Below, one piece after another: positions 62,464 to 64,000 of a stretch of DNA of 64,000 bases (positions are counted from its first letter, which is position 1; the number at the start of each line of letters is the position of its first letter). Position numbers and translations under genes: made by a program. Below the pieces are notes generated by a model. The model was not told the origin of the DNA and did no database searches. It saw only the letters and a list, made by a program, of their open reading frames with translations. This stretch comes from Marsupella aquatica (Eukaryota; Plantae; Marchantiophyta): positions 7,567,241 through 7,631,240 of the forward strand of contig OZ316899.1 of NCBI GenBank assembly GCA_973895155.1, read 5' to 3'.

Positions 62464-64000
62464 CACTACTACACTATCATCCATTTTTGCAAACCCAAAA
62501 ATATCGCAACTAACAAAGAACTCTACATCAAGAATTCTACGTGTTGCGATTAAATGCGCATCGCAACACCTTCGCCACTTGCAAACCTAAATGCTTCGCA
62601 ATTGGACCATCGCAACACCATCGCAACGACTTCGCAATTACCCAACCACATAGCCTCGCAATTTGCCGTACCTGTGTGATGTTTTGTGTATCGCATGCAG
62701 TTCGCAAAGCCCCACACCAACGCCGCTGCGGTTGTTCAAATTTGCGAATGCTTTTGCTTCACAGATGGTTTGCGGTATTAGTTGACTCAGAATCTGAGAT
62801 ACTTTTAGGTTCATAAGTTGCCGTTGCATTTGTATCGCAGATACTGGAGTGTTTTGCTTCAAATAGAATGAATCAATTGCGTTCGCAATTAGCAAAGAGA
62901 GAAGAATGGGATAGTTATGAACTAGATTGAATGTAAAAGTGTGATGCAATGTTGCTCACAGGTTGCAAGGTAAATGAGCTGGTTAGTTTTGAAGTTTAGG
63001 AATTCTCAACCGGTTCGCAATTGTTTGAAAGCACAAGCTTCAATAAACATTTTGCAAGGTATTCCTCTTGGGTATGGACCCAATGTATTGGAAGGCAAAA
63101 TTGGTGTTTATAAGATGAGAAATAGGTGCATGTACAAAATGTAGGAGTTCAAGGAACCCTATTCATAAGAAGGGTGGCATATGTGATGCCAAGTGGACCC
63201 TACTAACCATATCCTACCTCTTCCTATCCTAAGCTCTTACATGGCTAGTCACTCAAACTTACTAAAATGGGCTCTTTCTACCCCTCTTGGCCGGCTTCTT
63301 GCCCTTATCCTTTCGGGAACGTATATCCTGCTGCTGACGGGTGCGCAGGGCCCGTGGGTGCTCCTGCTCCTCCTCCTGTTCCTCCTGCCCCTCCTGCTCA
63401 TCCTCATCGTTGTCACCTGCCTCCTGCTCCCCCTCATCATCAACCTGTCTCGCTGACGCAAGACTAGTGCGACTGCCATGATGGGATGAACCGCCCTCAT
63501 GGCTATTGTCTCCCCCCTAAGCACCACTAGTAAGGGGCTGATCCTCATCATCACTATTGCTCACATCAGCACCCGACCTCTCAGGCTCATCCGAATCCTG
63601 CATCCATATACTCAATGAGTTTATGCAAAATTAAAGGGTCCCCAACAATGTTTGCATGACAACTAAAAAATTGTCAAAACTAAGATACTCACAGTAGCCA
63701 ACTCGGCATCTACCATCGCAAAGAGGTACTTTTGTCCATGCTCCATTGCTGTCTCAATATATTTCTTTGATATCTTTCTCTTGTATTTCCAGTACTGTCA
63801 TGCATGCCACCAAAAATTAAACACAAAAAAATAAAACCTAGCTTATAGCCTAAAACTCACCCTAATTAAACCCCACAAAAGCAAACCTCATTCCAAGGGA
63901 ATTCATAAACTTTGCGAAGCTAATAGGTTGACAACATGGGAAGGCCAATATTTTGCAAACTCATTGCGATGTTCGTTGCGATGCGCGTTCCTTCGCAACG
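62464..64000. mobile_element. Third, probably non-autonomous CACTA element (runs off the window)
   Basis: CACTACTACA at 62464 cuts the Tnp2 fragment. Dense TCGCAA/TTGCGA subterminal repeats at 62500-63030, reappearing at 63910-64000. Confidence 0.75.

Noticed and set aside
62500-63030. CRISPR-like repeat array
   Set aside because: Short irregular motifs in both orientations are CACTA subterminal repeats; eukaryotic context and no cas genes.

Overview
Eukaryotic, plant-type genomic DNA, probably from a seed-free land plant (inference from gene and TE types). One apparently intact host gene, a 4-exon clade A PP2C of ABA signalling (minus strand, 33523-35808), sits among nested, mostly decayed transposons. 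Left of it: (i) a stack of three LTR elements (LTR fragment > Tork/Tnt1-like Copia > Bianca-like Copia); (ii) an Athila-like Ty3/Gypsy with a tRNA-Asn PBS and large accessory ORFs; (iii) a minus-strand Ty3/Gypsy (20148-29979) whose pol carries a complete Dnmt3-like C5 cytosine methyltransferase between protease and RT and a PHD finger after the integrase. Element (iii) also has a Tf1-type self-priming signal instead of a tRNA PBS, and a permuted B-internal-A-x-B-A terminal repeat layout. Right of the gene: a Helitron, then a large CACTA region. Upstream of its Tnp2/TnpA lie cargo ORFs: a Ulp1 SUMO protease, an RPL18a exon, a ubiquitin scrap, a stand-alone EDM2-type PHD module, tandem Pol-lambda-like BRCT domains and an F-box. 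Two further nested CACTA pieces follow. The best candidates for new biology are the methyltransferase+PHD self-priming retrotransposon and the CACTA-linked chromatin/repair/ubiquitin cargo cassette. All family assignments come from motif recognition by eye; no searches were run.
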